Translations under genes and position numbers: made by a program
Source of the DNA: Podarcis muralis
Lineage: Eukaryota
Reading direction: 5' to 3'
DNA length: 64,000 nt
NCBI RefSeq assembly: GCF_964188315.1
Contig: NC_135656.1
Coordinates: forward strand, 121,396,001 to 121,460,000
Notes under the pieces: model-generated
What the model was told of the DNA's origin: nothing
The model's input: the letters and a program-made list of their open reading frames with translations, nothing else
The model's database searches: none
Shown here: one piece after another, positions 21,601 through 34,471 of the stretch
Layout of the letters: each line of letters starts with the position of its first letter
Numbering within the stretch: the first letter of the stretch is position 1

Positions 21601-24600
21601 CCATCTGGCTGGGCTTCCACAGCCACACTGGGTGGCTTCAAACAAAATATTAAAATACAGTAATGCATCAAACATTAAAAGCTTCCCTAAACAGGGCTGC
21701 CTTCAGATGTCTTCTAAAAGTCTGGTAGTTGTTGTTCTCTTTGACATCTGGTGGGAGGGCGTTCCACAGGGCAGGTGCCACTACCGAGAAGGTCCTCTGC
21801 CTGGTTCCCTGTAACTTGGCTTCTCGCAGTGAGGGAACCGCCAGAAGGCCCTTGGTGCTGGACCTCAAACATTTATATACAGACCTTAAACATTTATATA
21901 CAGCTATTTGTCAAAAGAGCACAAGACAGTTCTCGATACAGTAAAACAAGATAATAAAATAGAGCTCAAATCAGTTCTTGAAACAAAACAACTACAGGTA
22001 ATATAATACAAAATACAAAAATACAAAAATGTGTTATATCAAGATCTAACCTTTCTTTTGTGTAATGAACTTATTGTGTAAAAAGATTTGTGATTTTATA
22101 TAAAATGTGGTCTAAAAATGTTTAAATAAATAGAATGCCTGAAAAAGGCATATAGTTTAGTTGAGCTATCAGAGGCAGATTTGGGGCAATGTAACTGGTT
22201 CCCCTGTGCTGGGCACACGCAGAATGGAGGGTGAGAAGTGAGGGGCACTAAATTTTGGGCTTCCACAGGGTGCTACTGAAATTGGGGAAACCCTGGCCCC
22301 AATTGGTAACAGCTCAAAGTGAGCAATGCTGAGATAGTCAGTATAGTTTTATATTTCCTTAATGCTGCTGTATCCTTTTCATTTCAGCTCCACCTTTTTT
22401 TAAGAGAAATTCCATTTCTGAATACTTCAATGGGCAGGCTATATTTGGATGAGAATGGAGAGCTGCCAGGCAACTACAATATTGAGAACTGGATTATGTT
22501 TTCCAATAAGTCTCGTGTTAGAGGAAAAATTGGGAGCATAGAGAGGGGCGCCTCCCCTGACATAAAGTTTACCATTAATGCAAAAGCCATTGTCTGGCCC
22601 CAACAGTTTAACAAGGTATGAGACTCCTTATGTCACATAACAAATATTAAACTCCAATTAGTACTTAGTACTTTATATGGAAGCAGGAGGGGACACGGGT
22701 GGCACTGTGGTCTAAACCACTGAGCCTAGGGCTTGCCGATCAGAAGATCAGAATCCCTGTGAGGGGGTGAGCTCCCATTGCTCGGTCCGTGCTCCTGCCC
22801 ACCTAGCAATTCGAAAGCACATCAAAGTGCAAGTAGATAAATAGGTACCACTCCAGCAGGAAGGTAAACAGTGTTTCCGTGAGCTGCTCTGGTTTCATCA
22901 GAAGCGGCTTAGTCATGCTGGCCACATGACCTGGAAAAACTGTCTGCAGACAGACGTCGGCTCCCTCGGCCAGTAAAGCGAGATGAGCGCCGCAACCCCA
23001 GAGTTGTTCGCGACTGGACTTAACTGTCAGGGGTCCTTTACCTTTACCTTTTACTTTATATGGAATTTCAACTAAAATCCTTTCCACAAATATTCCATTG
23101 AATATTGTGCTGTGCTGGGAACTGCACTTAATAGTCTGTGATGCACCAGCATCTCTTAAGTTTATGTAGATAGCGTTTTTATACTTGTCTTTAAATACTT
23201 TATACTTTGAACTGAACTGTGTGGGCAAGGAATTTTCTTAACCGTGCACTCTGAAAAAGGCTGACAACTGGAGAGCAAGCATACTCTGATGTTCTGCTGG
23301 AATGTGCTGCTGGAGGTGCAGGTAATTTGCTGATCGCACTGGTTAAGGTGTGAAATGCTATCAGGAACAGGTTGTGGGCCCAGTATAACAGGTTATGAGT
23401 CCGGTGGCTCACAGGTCTAATGCAGACTTTACTTGGGTTCTGATCTCTGATGCCAAAAATGGTGTAGGGGATAAGACTTGTGAAATCATAGTTCAAATCC
23501 CCGCTCAGCCAAAACGAACCTCACTTGGGCTAGTTATAGTATCTCCGCCTAGCATAGCACACAAGGTTGTTTTTAGGGGTGGATATAATAGTTTTCTTTT
23601 TTAGTTAATTGGGAGAAAGGTGATTTTTATATTGTTGTTGTTGTTTAGTCGTTTAGTCGTGTCCGACTCTTCGTGACCCCATGGACCAGAGCACGCCAGG
23701 CACTCCTGTCTTCCACTGCCTCCCGCAGTTTGGTCAGGCTCATGTTTGTAGCTTCGAGAACACTGTCCAACCATCTCGTCCTCTGTCGTCCCCTTCTCCT
23801 TGTGCCCTCCATCTTTCCCAACATCAGGGTCTTTTCCAGGGAGTCTTCTCTTCTCATGAGGTGGCCAAAGTATTGGAGCCTCAGCTTCACGATCTGTCCT
23901 TCCAGTGAGCACTCAGGGCTGATTTCCTTAAGAATGGATAGGTTTGATCTTCTTGCAGTCCATGGGACTCTCAAGAGTCTCCTCCAGCACCATAATTCAA
24001 AAGCATCAATTCTTCGGCGATCAGCCTTCTTGATGGTCCAGCTCTCACTTCCATACATCACTACTGGGAAAACCATGGCTTTAACTATATGGACCTTTGT
24101 TGGCAAGGTGATGTCTCTACTTTTTAAGATGCTGTCAAGGTTTGCCATCGCTTTTATCCCAAGAAGCAGGAGTCTTTTAATTTCGTGACTGCTGTCACCA
24201 TCTGCTGTGATCATGGAGCCCAAGAAAGTAAAATCTCTCACTGCCTCCATTTCTTCCCCTTCTATTTGCCAGGAGGTGATGGGACCAGTGGCCATGATCT
24301 TCGTTTTTTTGATGTTGAGCTTCAGACCATATTTTGCGGTCTCTTCTTTCACCCTCATTAAAAGGTTCTTTAATTCCTCCTCACTTTCTGCCATCAAGGT
24401 TGTGTCATCTGCATATCTGAGGTTGTTGAATTTTCTTCCGGAATCTTAATTCCGGCTTGGGATTCATCCAGCCCAGCCTTTCGCATGATGAATTCTGCAT
24501 ATAAGTTAAATAAGCAGGGAGACAATATACAGCCTTGCCATACTCCTTTCCCAATTTTGAACCAATCAGTTGTTCCATATCCAGTTCTAACTGGTGTTTA

Positions 24601-27195
24601 TATTACTAGTAACAAAAGTCACAGTATTAATACAGTGGTAGAAGAGAAACGCCCTTTACCACAATGTAGTGACATCCCCTGATAGTTTCATCTTCCCCTT
24701 CTATCCCAGGACCCAGAACTCTTAGAAAAAAATTAAATAATAATAAGTCAGGAGACATTTTTTTAGTTAGCATCATCAGGTGATGGTATATTTAATTTCT
24801 GCTCTTTATCAGTATGTTTCATTGCAGCATTTTGTTTGGTGCTATTATTCTGCAATTATTATATTGTTTTTGTCTATTCTGTCCATTGCCTTGAGCCTAA
24901 GTTTCTTTAGAAATGATAGATATAAATGTTGGAACAAGCAAGCAGACACACCAAAGTGTTAGAATTCCTGCTCCATGATTGCAGTCATGGGATTGTTGTC
25001 TTTCACATGACGTGGTATGTTTTGACTCCACAGAGTGGGAAGTGATGGAGACAGGATGTTTGTGTTACTGTGTTCCATGAAGTGGGACTATTGTCCTTTG
25101 TTCTTTTTCTCTTTGCTGTCTGATGCTAGAGAGAGAGGGAACCATGTTGCAGTGCTCCGTGTGTGTTTATATGTAAATAAAGTACCGTATTTTTCACTCT
25201 ATAACACGCACCAGACCATAACACGCACATAGTTTTTAGAGGAGGAAAACAAGAAAAAACATATTCTAAACGAAATAGTGGATATATGATTTTTGTGGTT
25301 CATGCTGTGGCCACAGACATGTGATCTGACAGTGAGTTTGGAGTAGCCCAATGCAAAAATCCTGAGGATCCATGTGGATCCATGCTTTGTAACCACGGAG
25401 GAGGGAAGGAAGGAGAACCATGGATCCTCTGCTCACGACTGCAGCAGATCCCCCCGGCCACCCGCAGGCATTCGCTCCATAACACGCGCAGACATTTCCC
25501 CTTACTTTCTAGGAGGAAAAAAGTGAGTGTTATGGTGCAAAAAATAGGGTAGATTAGCCAAAATGCTGAGTTGCTGAGGTCTGTCACGCAAGGTGCGCAA
25601 ACTCTGCCCATCCCTAAGTGTGCCAGTGTCGGTTGGCATCGGTCGCTGTGATGTTCGGGCTGAAGACAGCTTTTGAAGCTCCCGAACAATCGACCAGGAG
25701 GGAGAGAACATGCCAGTCGGGCATGTGTCTCTACCAGGGTCCTACTAGAGTGTAGGCCGAACTCCTGGCACAAAGAGGTTTCCCTTCCGTGCTGTTTTGC
25801 ATCAAAAGTGCTTCCCTGGAAAAAAGCACATGGGCTCCGTGAGATCCCCTTCAGTACTCCATAGGCACAGATGCTGCTAACACTTCACCCTTGATGAACC
25901 TTCTTCTCTGCATGGCTAGGCTGTGCCTCTCTCCAGGTGTACCAAAAGCTGTCTGCCGGGCTATACCAAGGTGGTTCAAGAAGGACAACCACTTTGCTGC
26001 TATGCTTGTGCTCCATGTGCAGAAGGGATGATCTCCACTGAGGAAGGTGAGTGAGTCGAAGCTTAGGAAATTCCTTAGGAGAATATAAACAGGATGAAGA
26101 ATCACTCAGAGAGACTTTCAGTGAAGATTCTCAAAACATCTCTGAGCATTTATAAAGAATTTTACCTCTCCTTCCCTAATAAACAGGTGTCATCTCCCCC
26201 ATAAGAATCTTTTCCCCCAAAGAAGTAATAGAATAGATTGTTTGGTTGTATATGATGCTGAAGCCACTCCTTTCCCCCCTTCAGATGCAGACCATTGCAT
26301 CAAATGCCCAGAAGATCAGCATCCAAACAAGGACCAAGATCAATGTGTCCCCAAGATTATCACCTTCCTGGCTTATAAAGAACAATTGGGGATCATCTTA
26401 ACTTCTGTTACCGTATTCTTGTCTTTAACAACAGGCATTGTGTTAGGAATCCTCGTTAAATACAAGGAGACTCCCATAGTGAAAGCCAACAACCGAGACC
26501 TCTCCTATATCCTCCTCTTCTCCCTTCTGCTTTCCTTTTTCTCCTCCTTCCTCTTTATTGGGAGGCCACGGAAAGTGACCTGCCTTCTCCGACAAACAGC
26601 CTTCAGCATCATCTTCTCGATTGCTGTCTCTTCTGTTTTGGCAAAAACCATCACTGTGGTTCTGGCCTTCCTGGCCACAAAGCCAGGGAACAGGGCGAGG
26701 AGATGGCTGGGGAAAAGTCTCGCCAACTCCATTGTCATTTCCTGTTCCAGTATCCAAGTTGTCATCTGCACCATCTGGCTAGGTATCTCTCCCTCATTCC
26801 CAGATTCTGACATGAACTCCCGGGCTGGAGAGATCATCCTTCTATGCAATGAAGGGTCTGTGGCCATGTTTTATGGTGCCCTTGGCTACATGGGCTTCCT
26901 GGCTGCCATCTGCTTCACGGTGGCTTTCCTAGCCAGGAAGCTGCCTGGGGCCTTCAATGAGGCCAAGCTGATCACCTTCAGCATGCTGGTCTTCTGCAGT
27001 GTTTGGGTGTCTTTTGTGCCCACCTACCTGAGCACCAAGGGGAAATACATGGTAGCCGTGCAGGTCTTCTCTATGTTGGCCTCCAGTGCTGGGCTTCTGG
27101 GCTGCATCTTCATCCCCAAGTGCTATATTATTATACTGAGGCCTGATCTGAATACAAAGGAGCACCTGACAACAAAAAGTAAAGATGGCATCTAA
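18633..27195 (+). CDS. V2R gene C, complete six-exon vomeronasal type-2 receptor (863 aa)
   Basis: Exons 18633-18856, 20021-20312, 20555-21364, 22388-22615, 25920-26046, 26285-27195; GT-AG junctions, phases consistent, total 2592 nt, no internal stop; same domain order as gene B. Confidence 0.92.
21575..21870 (-). mobile_element. L2 3' fragment
   Basis: [41 protein letters not shown], typical L2 ORF2 end. Confidence 0.8.
22689..23053 (+). mobile_element. Sauria SINE
   Basis: GGGACACGGGTGGCACTGTGGTCTAAACC head; TTTACCTTTACCTTT tail. Confidence 0.88.
23632..24593 (-). mobile_element. Bov-B LINE, 5'-truncated (~960 bp)
   Basis: 250-aa open frame [19 protein letters not shown]...[11 protein letters not shown]; (CAA)n tail. 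Confidence 0.93.
25185..25549. mobile_element. Tigger-like MITE
   Basis: TIRs CCGTATTTTTCACTCTATAACAC / GTGTTATGGTGCAAAAAATAGGG; TA on both flanks. Confidence 0.75.
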
Positions 27196-27206
27196 TTCTT
27201 AAAGTA

Positions 27207-27441
27207 CAGTGGTACCTTGGTAGTCAAACGTAATCTGTTCCTGGAGTCCGTTCAAATCCCGGAACCATTCGAAAATGAAGGTGCAGCTTCTGATTGGCTG
27301 CAGGAGCTTCCTGCACTCAATCAGAAGCCGCGGAAGCCATGTCAGATATTTGGCTTCCAAAAAATGTTCACAAACTGGAACACTTTCTTCCAGTTTTGTG
27401 GTGTTTGGGAACCAAGCCAATTGAGAACCAAGGTGCCACTG
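27207..27441. mobile_element. Tigger-like MITE in the 3' UTR of V2R gene C
   Basis: TIRs CAGTGGTACCTTGGT / ACCAAGGTGCCACTG; TA TSD. Confidence 0.82.
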
Positions 27442-27788
27442 TATTCTGCTTTAACAGTTGATGGTGAGCACAACAGTAATGCTAGCTGTGTAGTTGTCTG
27501 TAGAATATAGCTCCTTGAGGTTCAATCTCTCTTTATTTTGCATAAATCATAAATGATGAAAATGAATACAGAATGACTCCAGCAGCCACACACCCTTTAG
27601 GCTTAATGTTCAACGTGCATGGTTTCATCATAGCCTGATTCCCACTTGATTCCACTAGTGGAATGCTCTCCCCAATGTGACTTGCCTAGTGCCTTTGTTA
27701 CATATCTTTAGGCATCTGGCAATAATAGAGGAGTTCAGGCCCATGCAGACCTTGTCTGAGGCTCAGGGTGGCAGTCTTGTTAAAATAA

Positions 27789-28150
27789 AGGGATGTGGGT
27801 GGCATTGTGGTCTTAACCACTGAGCCTCTTGGGCTTGCCGATTCTAATGCCGGTGGTTCGAATCCGCTTGATGGTGGTGTCCCAGCTTCTGCCAACCTAG
27901 CAGTTTGAAAGCACACCAGTGCAAGTAGATAAATGGGTACCATTGCAGCGGGAAGGTAAACGGCATTTCCGTGCGCTCTGGCTTCCGTCACAGTGTTCCG
28001 TTGCGCCAGAAGCAGTCTAGTCATGCTGGCAACATGACCCAGAAAACTGTCTGTGGACAAACACCGGCTCCCTCACCCTCAAAGCGAGATGAGCGCCACA
28101 CGCCATAGTTGCCTTTGACTGGGCTTAACAGTCCAGGGGTCCTTTACCTT
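27789..28150 (+). mobile_element. Sauria SINE (diverged)
   Basis: Similar to 22689-23053. Confidence 0.82.
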
Positions 28151-28166
28151 CCCCCCCCCACCCCAT

Positions 28167-28889
28167 TGTTAGAATAAAGTTATAAACTCAAACAAAAAAG
28201 CAGTTGGTCCCTGGCAAGGCCCGCCCTGGCCAGCTTAGATCTCTGAAATCTGAGGCAAGTATATCTGGCTGTCCACGATCACAATCCACGCAGAAAACAA
28301 CATTTAGGTTTGTTGGGGGTTTATTTAAACAATGAGATGACCACATAGAGAGGTCGCACTGTGGGAGTGGCCCAAATGGCTACAATAAATGTGATAATGT
28401 GTACCCCTGTAAATCCCTGAGTGTGCTTCTAATAGAAAAGTTATGGTAGCCTGGCATTTTAAGAAACTGCTGATTTTGTAAATTGCCACACACACCCCCA
28501 ATTGGGGTAGAAATACAGCTAATATGTAAATCACAAAGATACAGCACAAACCTAGAACATAAGCTGCTACATGATGCAAATGGTGACACGTAACACAGGT
28601 TCCCAACACGCACACGAACAAAATGTATTCATGCAAGGTCATAGCAGAACATGGTGGGAATCAGAGCTTAGTCAGCAGAAACAGCCAATGCTAACAATTT
28701 AAATGAGGTAACGGTGTATATGATTGGTGGAAATTGAAATGCTTTGTTTGAAACTTTATAAATACCTTTGGGCGCGGTTGCAACTTTTGCAGAGCCATCC
28801 TATTGTAACCTATCGCTTTGCAATAAACAATGTTGGAATTCATCCTCTTCAATCTCTTGTGTCTTTTTGGCTCGATACAAGAATTAAGG
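28167..28889 (+). mobile_element. Possible solo LTR
   Basis: Starts TGTTAG, has TATAAATA at ~28757 and AATAAA at ~28822, ends ...CAACA; no clean TSD found. Confidence 0.4.
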
Positions 28890-28972
28890 CATATTTGCTT
28901 GCAACAACACAACCCACCCAAAAGACAATTTATACATTCGTCAGCCTCTTTAAAAGGTGTATCAGATACCAA

Positions 28973-29097
28973 ACAGACCCTCCAAGTGTCCCTATTTTCC
29001 AGTAACAGTCACGGATTTACATAAGCCACCGCGGTTTCTGATTTGATCCAAGAATGTTCCGCTTTTCCTTAGGACATCCCTATGTTGGAGGATCTGG
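28973..29097. mobile_element. Short DNA-transposon-like MITE
   Basis: TIR-like ends CAGACCCTCCAA / TTGGAGGATCTG; second copy at 2330-2467. Confidence 0.6.
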
Positions 29098-29274
29098 AGT
29101 TATGCAAGCCCTGAGCCAAGGAGATAAGAAACTATACAACCTTTAGAAAACATCTGTATAGAGAAGTTTTTTATGTTTAATGCTTAATTATGTTTTTATA
29201 TGTGTTGGAAGTTGCACATAGGAGCTGGGGAAACCCAGTGTGATGGGTGGTTGGGGTATGTATGTATGTATGTA

Positions 29275-29857
29275 CAGTGGTGCCCCGCAAGACGAACGCC
29301 TCGCAAGACGGAAAACCCGCTAGACGAAAGGGTTTTCCGTTTTGGAGGCGCTTCGCAAAACAAATTTCCCTATGGGCTTGCTTCGCAAGACGAAAGCCCA
29401 TAGGGAAATCTCCGGGACAACGGGGAAGCGCAGCTCCGAAGCCTGGCGGGGGGGGCGGAGACCTCCTCCCGCCGCCAGGCTTCGGAGCAGCCTTCCGAAG
29501 CCTGGCGGGGGGGCGGAGAGGTTTTTTAAAAACCCTGGGACAGCGGGGGACTTCTCCGCTGTCCGGGGCGATTTTAAAATGCTGCCGGGCGCCCCGGACA
29601 GCGGAGAAGTCTCCCGCTGTCCCGGGGTTTTTTTAAATGCTGGGGGTGGGAAGAAAAGCCCTTTCCCCCCCCCCCCAGCCTTCAGAAGAGGTCAGGGGAC
29701 AGACTGTCCCCGGACCTGGTCTGAAGGAGGTTTCCATAGGAACGCATTGATTGATTTTCAATGCATTCCTATGGAAAACCGTGCTTCGCAAGACGAAAAA
29801 CTCGCAAGACGAAAAAACTTGCGGAACGAATTAATTTCGCCTTGCGAGGCACCACTG
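29275..29857. mobile_element. Tigger-like MITE with internal inverted and direct repeats
   Basis: TIRs CAGTGGTGCCCCGCAAG / CTTGCGAGGCACCACTG; TA TSD. Confidence 0.85.
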
Positions 29858-31086
29858 TATGTATAAATAACATCATCATTGTCCTTATTATTTAATAGGG
29901 CATCTCTATTTAAATCAGAGAAATGTTGGAGGGTTTATGTGTGGGGGTTGCATGTATTCTGTAGCAATCAGGTTCTCAAACAATATCATTATCAGTCAGG
30001 GCACAAGGATGTGCAGAAGACAGGCTCTCTTTAGCACAGGGGATATTTTATGTTTCAAACCTTTCAGGCAAGAAATTGTCTCCCCTTCCCCTTGATTCTC
30101 ATGTTTAGCTGGTTGGTCTCACAGACAACACTTGTGCAATTCCCTGAAGCTATTCCAAGAATAGGAATGATGACATGGAGGAGAACAATTGCATTCTGAT
30201 CCCTGTAGGACTTGAGGCGCAGGTGCAGAAGTAGAAGAAACCTTGTTTACAGAACTTCACTGTCTGGCCTTGAGGTGGGTCACTGTGAGGGTGAAAGGTG
30301 AGCTTCGCCTTTAGCCGATGAAGCACCTTCATAAGGGTCATGAACAAGATATTCACTTAGGATTTATTCAAATATAATCCCCTGACATGGAGTAGTTGCT
30401 TCTAAACATTAAATTCGTTTTGTTTTGTTTGACAGCAGGGGTTGGTAGTCTTTTTCAGACTGTGGGCTGCATTCCCTTCTGGGCAAACTTTGGGGGCCCA
30501 CATGCCAGTGGCGGGCAGTTCCAGAGGTAAAATCTGACAGACTAATGGGAAAGCAGCCTAGTTTCTATGCGCACTCCTCCATCCTCCACTTAGGCTAGGA
30601 TGGCCATACGTCTGGACGTATGGCGACCCACGGCCAAAAAACCCTCTGGATTTTGAAATATGGCAACCCTAACTCTTAGGCAAGTATGTGGCCATGTTAG
30701 AGTTCCAGGACACATTTCAACCAGGCAAAAGCACACAAGTAGGATACAAAGCAGGGTAAGTAAACAGTATGTGAGCTACCATGCCCTTCTAGCAGAGACA
30801 CCATCTTGCGCCCAATATTGAGGGTGCCCATCACACGTCACACGTGTGACGTCACGCACCTGGTGCACATTGCGTGTGTCTGATGTCATGCATCGCATTG
30901 TCAGGAGGAGACCAAGCACGGCTTCAATCACCGGCAGCTCCTCCTTTCTCTTGCTCGGGAGACCCTATGTCCCCTCCCAACTGGTTGTGACAATAAACTA
31001 TTATATGGGGTGTACAGTCGACACACAACTTTTGCAGGGGTTGAATTTGGGTGATAGTGTGTAAAGTTTAAATCACATATATTCTG

Positions 31087-33007
31087 TTGTTGTTTTTTAA
31101 ATGATATTTATTGAAATTTTCAAAAAAAATCCAGAAAGAAAAAAAAATTTAAAAACACTCGACGTTTACAATCCTTATTTTCAATAACCTATTTCCATGA
31201 CTTCCCCACGCCTCCCCTTCTTGTATTCCAATTCCAATTATTAGTTCAACAAGTTCTTGTCCCCAATTTTTAACCTTATTATATTTAGTTCATTATTATA
31301 TTTAGTTCATTTTATATAACCAATTTTGACTTATAAACATCAGTCTTTGTACATCAGTACTTATTCTTAAAATCTTTTTCTAAGGTCGACCCCAATTCCC
31401 TTCCACGAATTCCCCATTTTTATATTGGTAACAAAACAGAATTAAAAAAAAATCAGAATATAATTTTACACCCTTTGGATTCCCAAACCCCATCCCCCCT
31501 TTCCCGGTTTCGATCCCCAACAAATGTCCATCAATCTATCTGCTATCAGCCTGGAGACCTCACGTCCGAGGCTCTTAATTCTCTCTCAGTTCCTCTCTGC
31601 CGGTTTTTTTGATAGTCCTTTGTATTAAACACCAAATCTCGGAGAAGCTCTGTCCCAATAATGTCCATGTTTCTTCCAGCCATACCTCCATATTTAAAAG
31701 TGGAGCTCAAATCTTGTTTCTTGATCCTTTTAAGTCCAAATGTCCCAAAAGCTCCTACTTCCACCTTGGTCAAATTTGTGATCCATAGGTCTTCAGATCT
31801 CCACATAAGAAGATCCCTCCATTCTTCATTTTCCAATTCAAACCAGATTTTCATCATCCAGTTCTTATTTTCCTTTGTATCCATCTTGACAGGCCTCTGG
31901 CTCTCCTTTGTCATTTGCAGCATTACAGCTCCTCCTTCATTTCCCTCCTGATCAGCATGTATCTCTTTCTCCACTTTCTCAAATTTCTCAGATTTATTTT
32001 CTTGTTCAGCTGCATGGACTTTTTGAGTCAAGTCCTTTCCATATTCAGTGAGTTTATTTACTGTTACATTCAGGGTTGTAACACTTGTAGCCAAAACATC
32101 GCTTTGACCTTGTAACTTTCCCAAGAGAGAAAAAACCTTATCCAGCTCAGCCTGTATTTTTCCATCTGCAGCCATTCTTGTAATGTCCCTGAACCCCCTC
32201 TAGAGGGATTCTGGTTACTTAGTATTCCTTCCAATTCCAACCCAAAAGTCCAGTTAACTTGTTTCAGTTCTTCTTTGTTTTCAACAATTTATAACCAAAT
32301 TGTAAGAAATATAACCAGCAAAGACAACAGAAACAAAGTTCTCTTTTTTTCCCCAGCTTTGACAGCTAGGTTGACAGCTGTCAACATCTTCTATATCTCC
32401 TCAACAGGCTCTCTCATGGATCACTCCCGGGTCCCGGGGGGGTGGAACTTCAGTTCTCAAAATTAACTCTTATCCTCCAGCAAGATTGCTTGTACTGCCA
32501 AAACGTGAAATTAATAACTTTTATCCACTAAGGAAGAAGATGTTCTCTCGACCTTAGTTATCTAGTCCTTGCTTTAAGTTGTTTACAAGGCGGGGAGACG
32601 GACTTCCTCTTTGCGCCTTCCCCGATCGTGCCAAATCCAAACAAAAATTTTTCCTTTTATAAATCCAATTTCCATATTACTCACGGGTTGTTACTTTTAG
32701 TCCAAATGTTTAAAGGAAGAAGTCAGCGCTGTCCGACCATGGCATGCAGCTTCGCTCCTAGGAGAAGCAGTCGACTCTCAGCACCGCGCCGCTCCCCATC
32801 CCCCGTTCCGAAGCCTTTAAAAAGGCTTCTTTGCGGGTCGAGGGCACAAATGGTGCCCGCCGAGTCACCAGGTCCACAGGCTTCAGCGCCTGTGGTTTCT
32901 GAGGGTCCCCGCGTCACCGCTGCGGCAGGACCCGTCTCCTATAGAGCCGATTCCCTCCGGAGCTCGGAGGGAATCCGCCAGTAGTCGATGGCGCTAACCC
33001 GGAAGTC
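31087..33007 (-). mobile_element. Non-autonomous L1-related retroposon, 1.92 kb, single ORF
   Basis: 5' end GACTTCCGG, CpG-rich 5' UTR, one ORF, AATAAA plus A/CAA tail; 18-bp perfect TSD TAAATCACATATATTCTG at 31069-31086 and 33008-33025. Confidence 0.85.
31546..32175 (-). CDS. 209-aa ORF of the 1.92-kb element; N-terminal coiled coil resembling L1 ORF1p, C-terminal part not recognised
   Basis: MAADGKIQAELDKVFSLLGKLQGQSDVLATSVTTLNVTVNKLTE heptad pattern; no RT or EN motifs. Confidence 0.6.
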   Translation of the reverse strand: MAADGKIQAELDKVFSLLGKLQGQSDVLATSVTTLNVTVNKLTEYGKDLTQKVHAAEQENKSEKFEKVEKEIHADQEGNEGGAVMLQMTKESQRPVKMDTKENKNWMMKIWFELENEEWRDLLMWRSEDLWITNLTKVEVGAFGTFGLKRIKKQDLSSTFKYGGMAGRNMDIIGTELLRDLVFNTKDYQKNRQRGTERELRASDVRSPG

Positions 33008-33959
33008 TAAATCACATATATTCTGGACAGCCCCTTGGGATGCCCCCACCTGCCCATCCTTACTTCTGGAACCAGCATGCCAAACAGGTCTTAACCCCGC
33101 CCCATCCTGCCCCCCCCCCAGCTTCTAAAGCTCTCTGCCTTCCTTCCCTTTAATCTGGGCTATTTTAGACAGGGCACAGCAAAGGGTGGAAAAGAGAAAC
33201 GTCATGGAAAATGGAGTAGGAAGTTGATAATGTAAAACAAAAACTTATTACGTATTGGAACATGATTTCAGATTCTGGGGGGGGGTTAAAAGGTGAAAGT
33301 GTGAGTGAACTAAAGACTTAATTTAATCTACGTTTGTTATTGGTATGAGCTTTCGTGTGCATGCTCATAGTTTATTGCCTCTCTGTCCAGCTTACGCTTC
33401 CTCTGGGATCCTTTGTTCCTCTGGGATCCTTTGAAGCGAAGCTCCGAGAGAAGAGCAATCAGCAGATGCACAGCAGTCAGTATGAGAAAGAAAAATAAAT
33501 CCAGTCCAGACAGCTTCTATCTAAACTAAGAAGCTTTATTTACATGCCAAACAGAAAATCTTTCCACCAGAAAATTCCGACATCCTCTCCGGTTGAGAGC
33601 CATTCTCTAACTGGAAAACGAAAGCACTTTCACAGCACAAACAACATAGCTGTGTGAGGCAATATCCTGGCTCTGTGGAGCCCCTCCCTCAGGCATGAGA
33701 CACAGAAAGGTTAACCCTTAACCACCACACTCTACAAATCCCGTGTCATGGTCAGATCACTTCCTATTGAGATTTAGGATGTCAGCATCTTTTTCCCTCC
33801 GCAGAGACGGGGGACCTGTAAGGAAGGTTTGCTCTCAGAGGCTGATGAATCCAGTGGGATTCCAAACAGCTCTGGGGGGTTGAGATGGGCTATTGACACA
33901 ATCGCCCCTGAGTGCCCTCTCCCACTAGACTGGTGACTGGGAGCAGACGCCAGGACCAT

Positions 33960-34380
33960 ATAGCCCAGGTCTTAAAGGAACTACATTGACTCCAAGTGCA
34001 ATTCAAAGTGTTGGTGCTGACTTTAAAGTTCTAAACGGCTTAGCCCTGTAGACCCAAAGGAGCATCTCTACCCCCATCGCTCAACCCCAGACACTGAGGT
34101 CCAGCTCCCAGGGTCTTCTTCTGGTTCCCTCACTGCAAGAAGGGAAGTAACAGAGAACCAGACAAAAGGCCTTCTCGGTAGTGGCGCTGTCCCTGTGGAA
34201 CGCGTTCCCTTCAGGTGTCAAGGAGAAAAAGAACAACATAACTTTGAGAAGACATCTGAAGGCAGCCCTGTACCAGAACATTTGTAATGTTTGATGTTTT
34301 ACTATGTTATAAATATGCTGTAAGCCGCTCAGAGTGACTGCGGAAACCCAGCCAGGTGTGCGGGATATGAATATTATCAT
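33960..34380 (+). mobile_element. L2 3' fragment
   Basis: AAGGCCTTCTCGGTAGTGGCGCTGTCCCTGTGGAACGCG...CTGAAGGCAGCCCTG; microsatellite tail. Confidence 0.75.
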
Positions 34381-34471
34381 CATCATCAACAACATGATCA
34401 GATGTTGCAGAAATTTCACTAGGATTGTAATTTGGATTACACTTTTAATTGTAATCTTCCCTTAATTTTAG

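Noticed and set aside
23673-24188. Recurrent [19 protein letters not shown] ORFs (also near 4133, 5043, 5703, 54298)
   Set aside because: Antisense frames of Bov-B copies.
33340-33790. Solo LTR on the minus strand
   Set aside because: Only a polyA signal and a possible TG/CA boundary; no TSD found.
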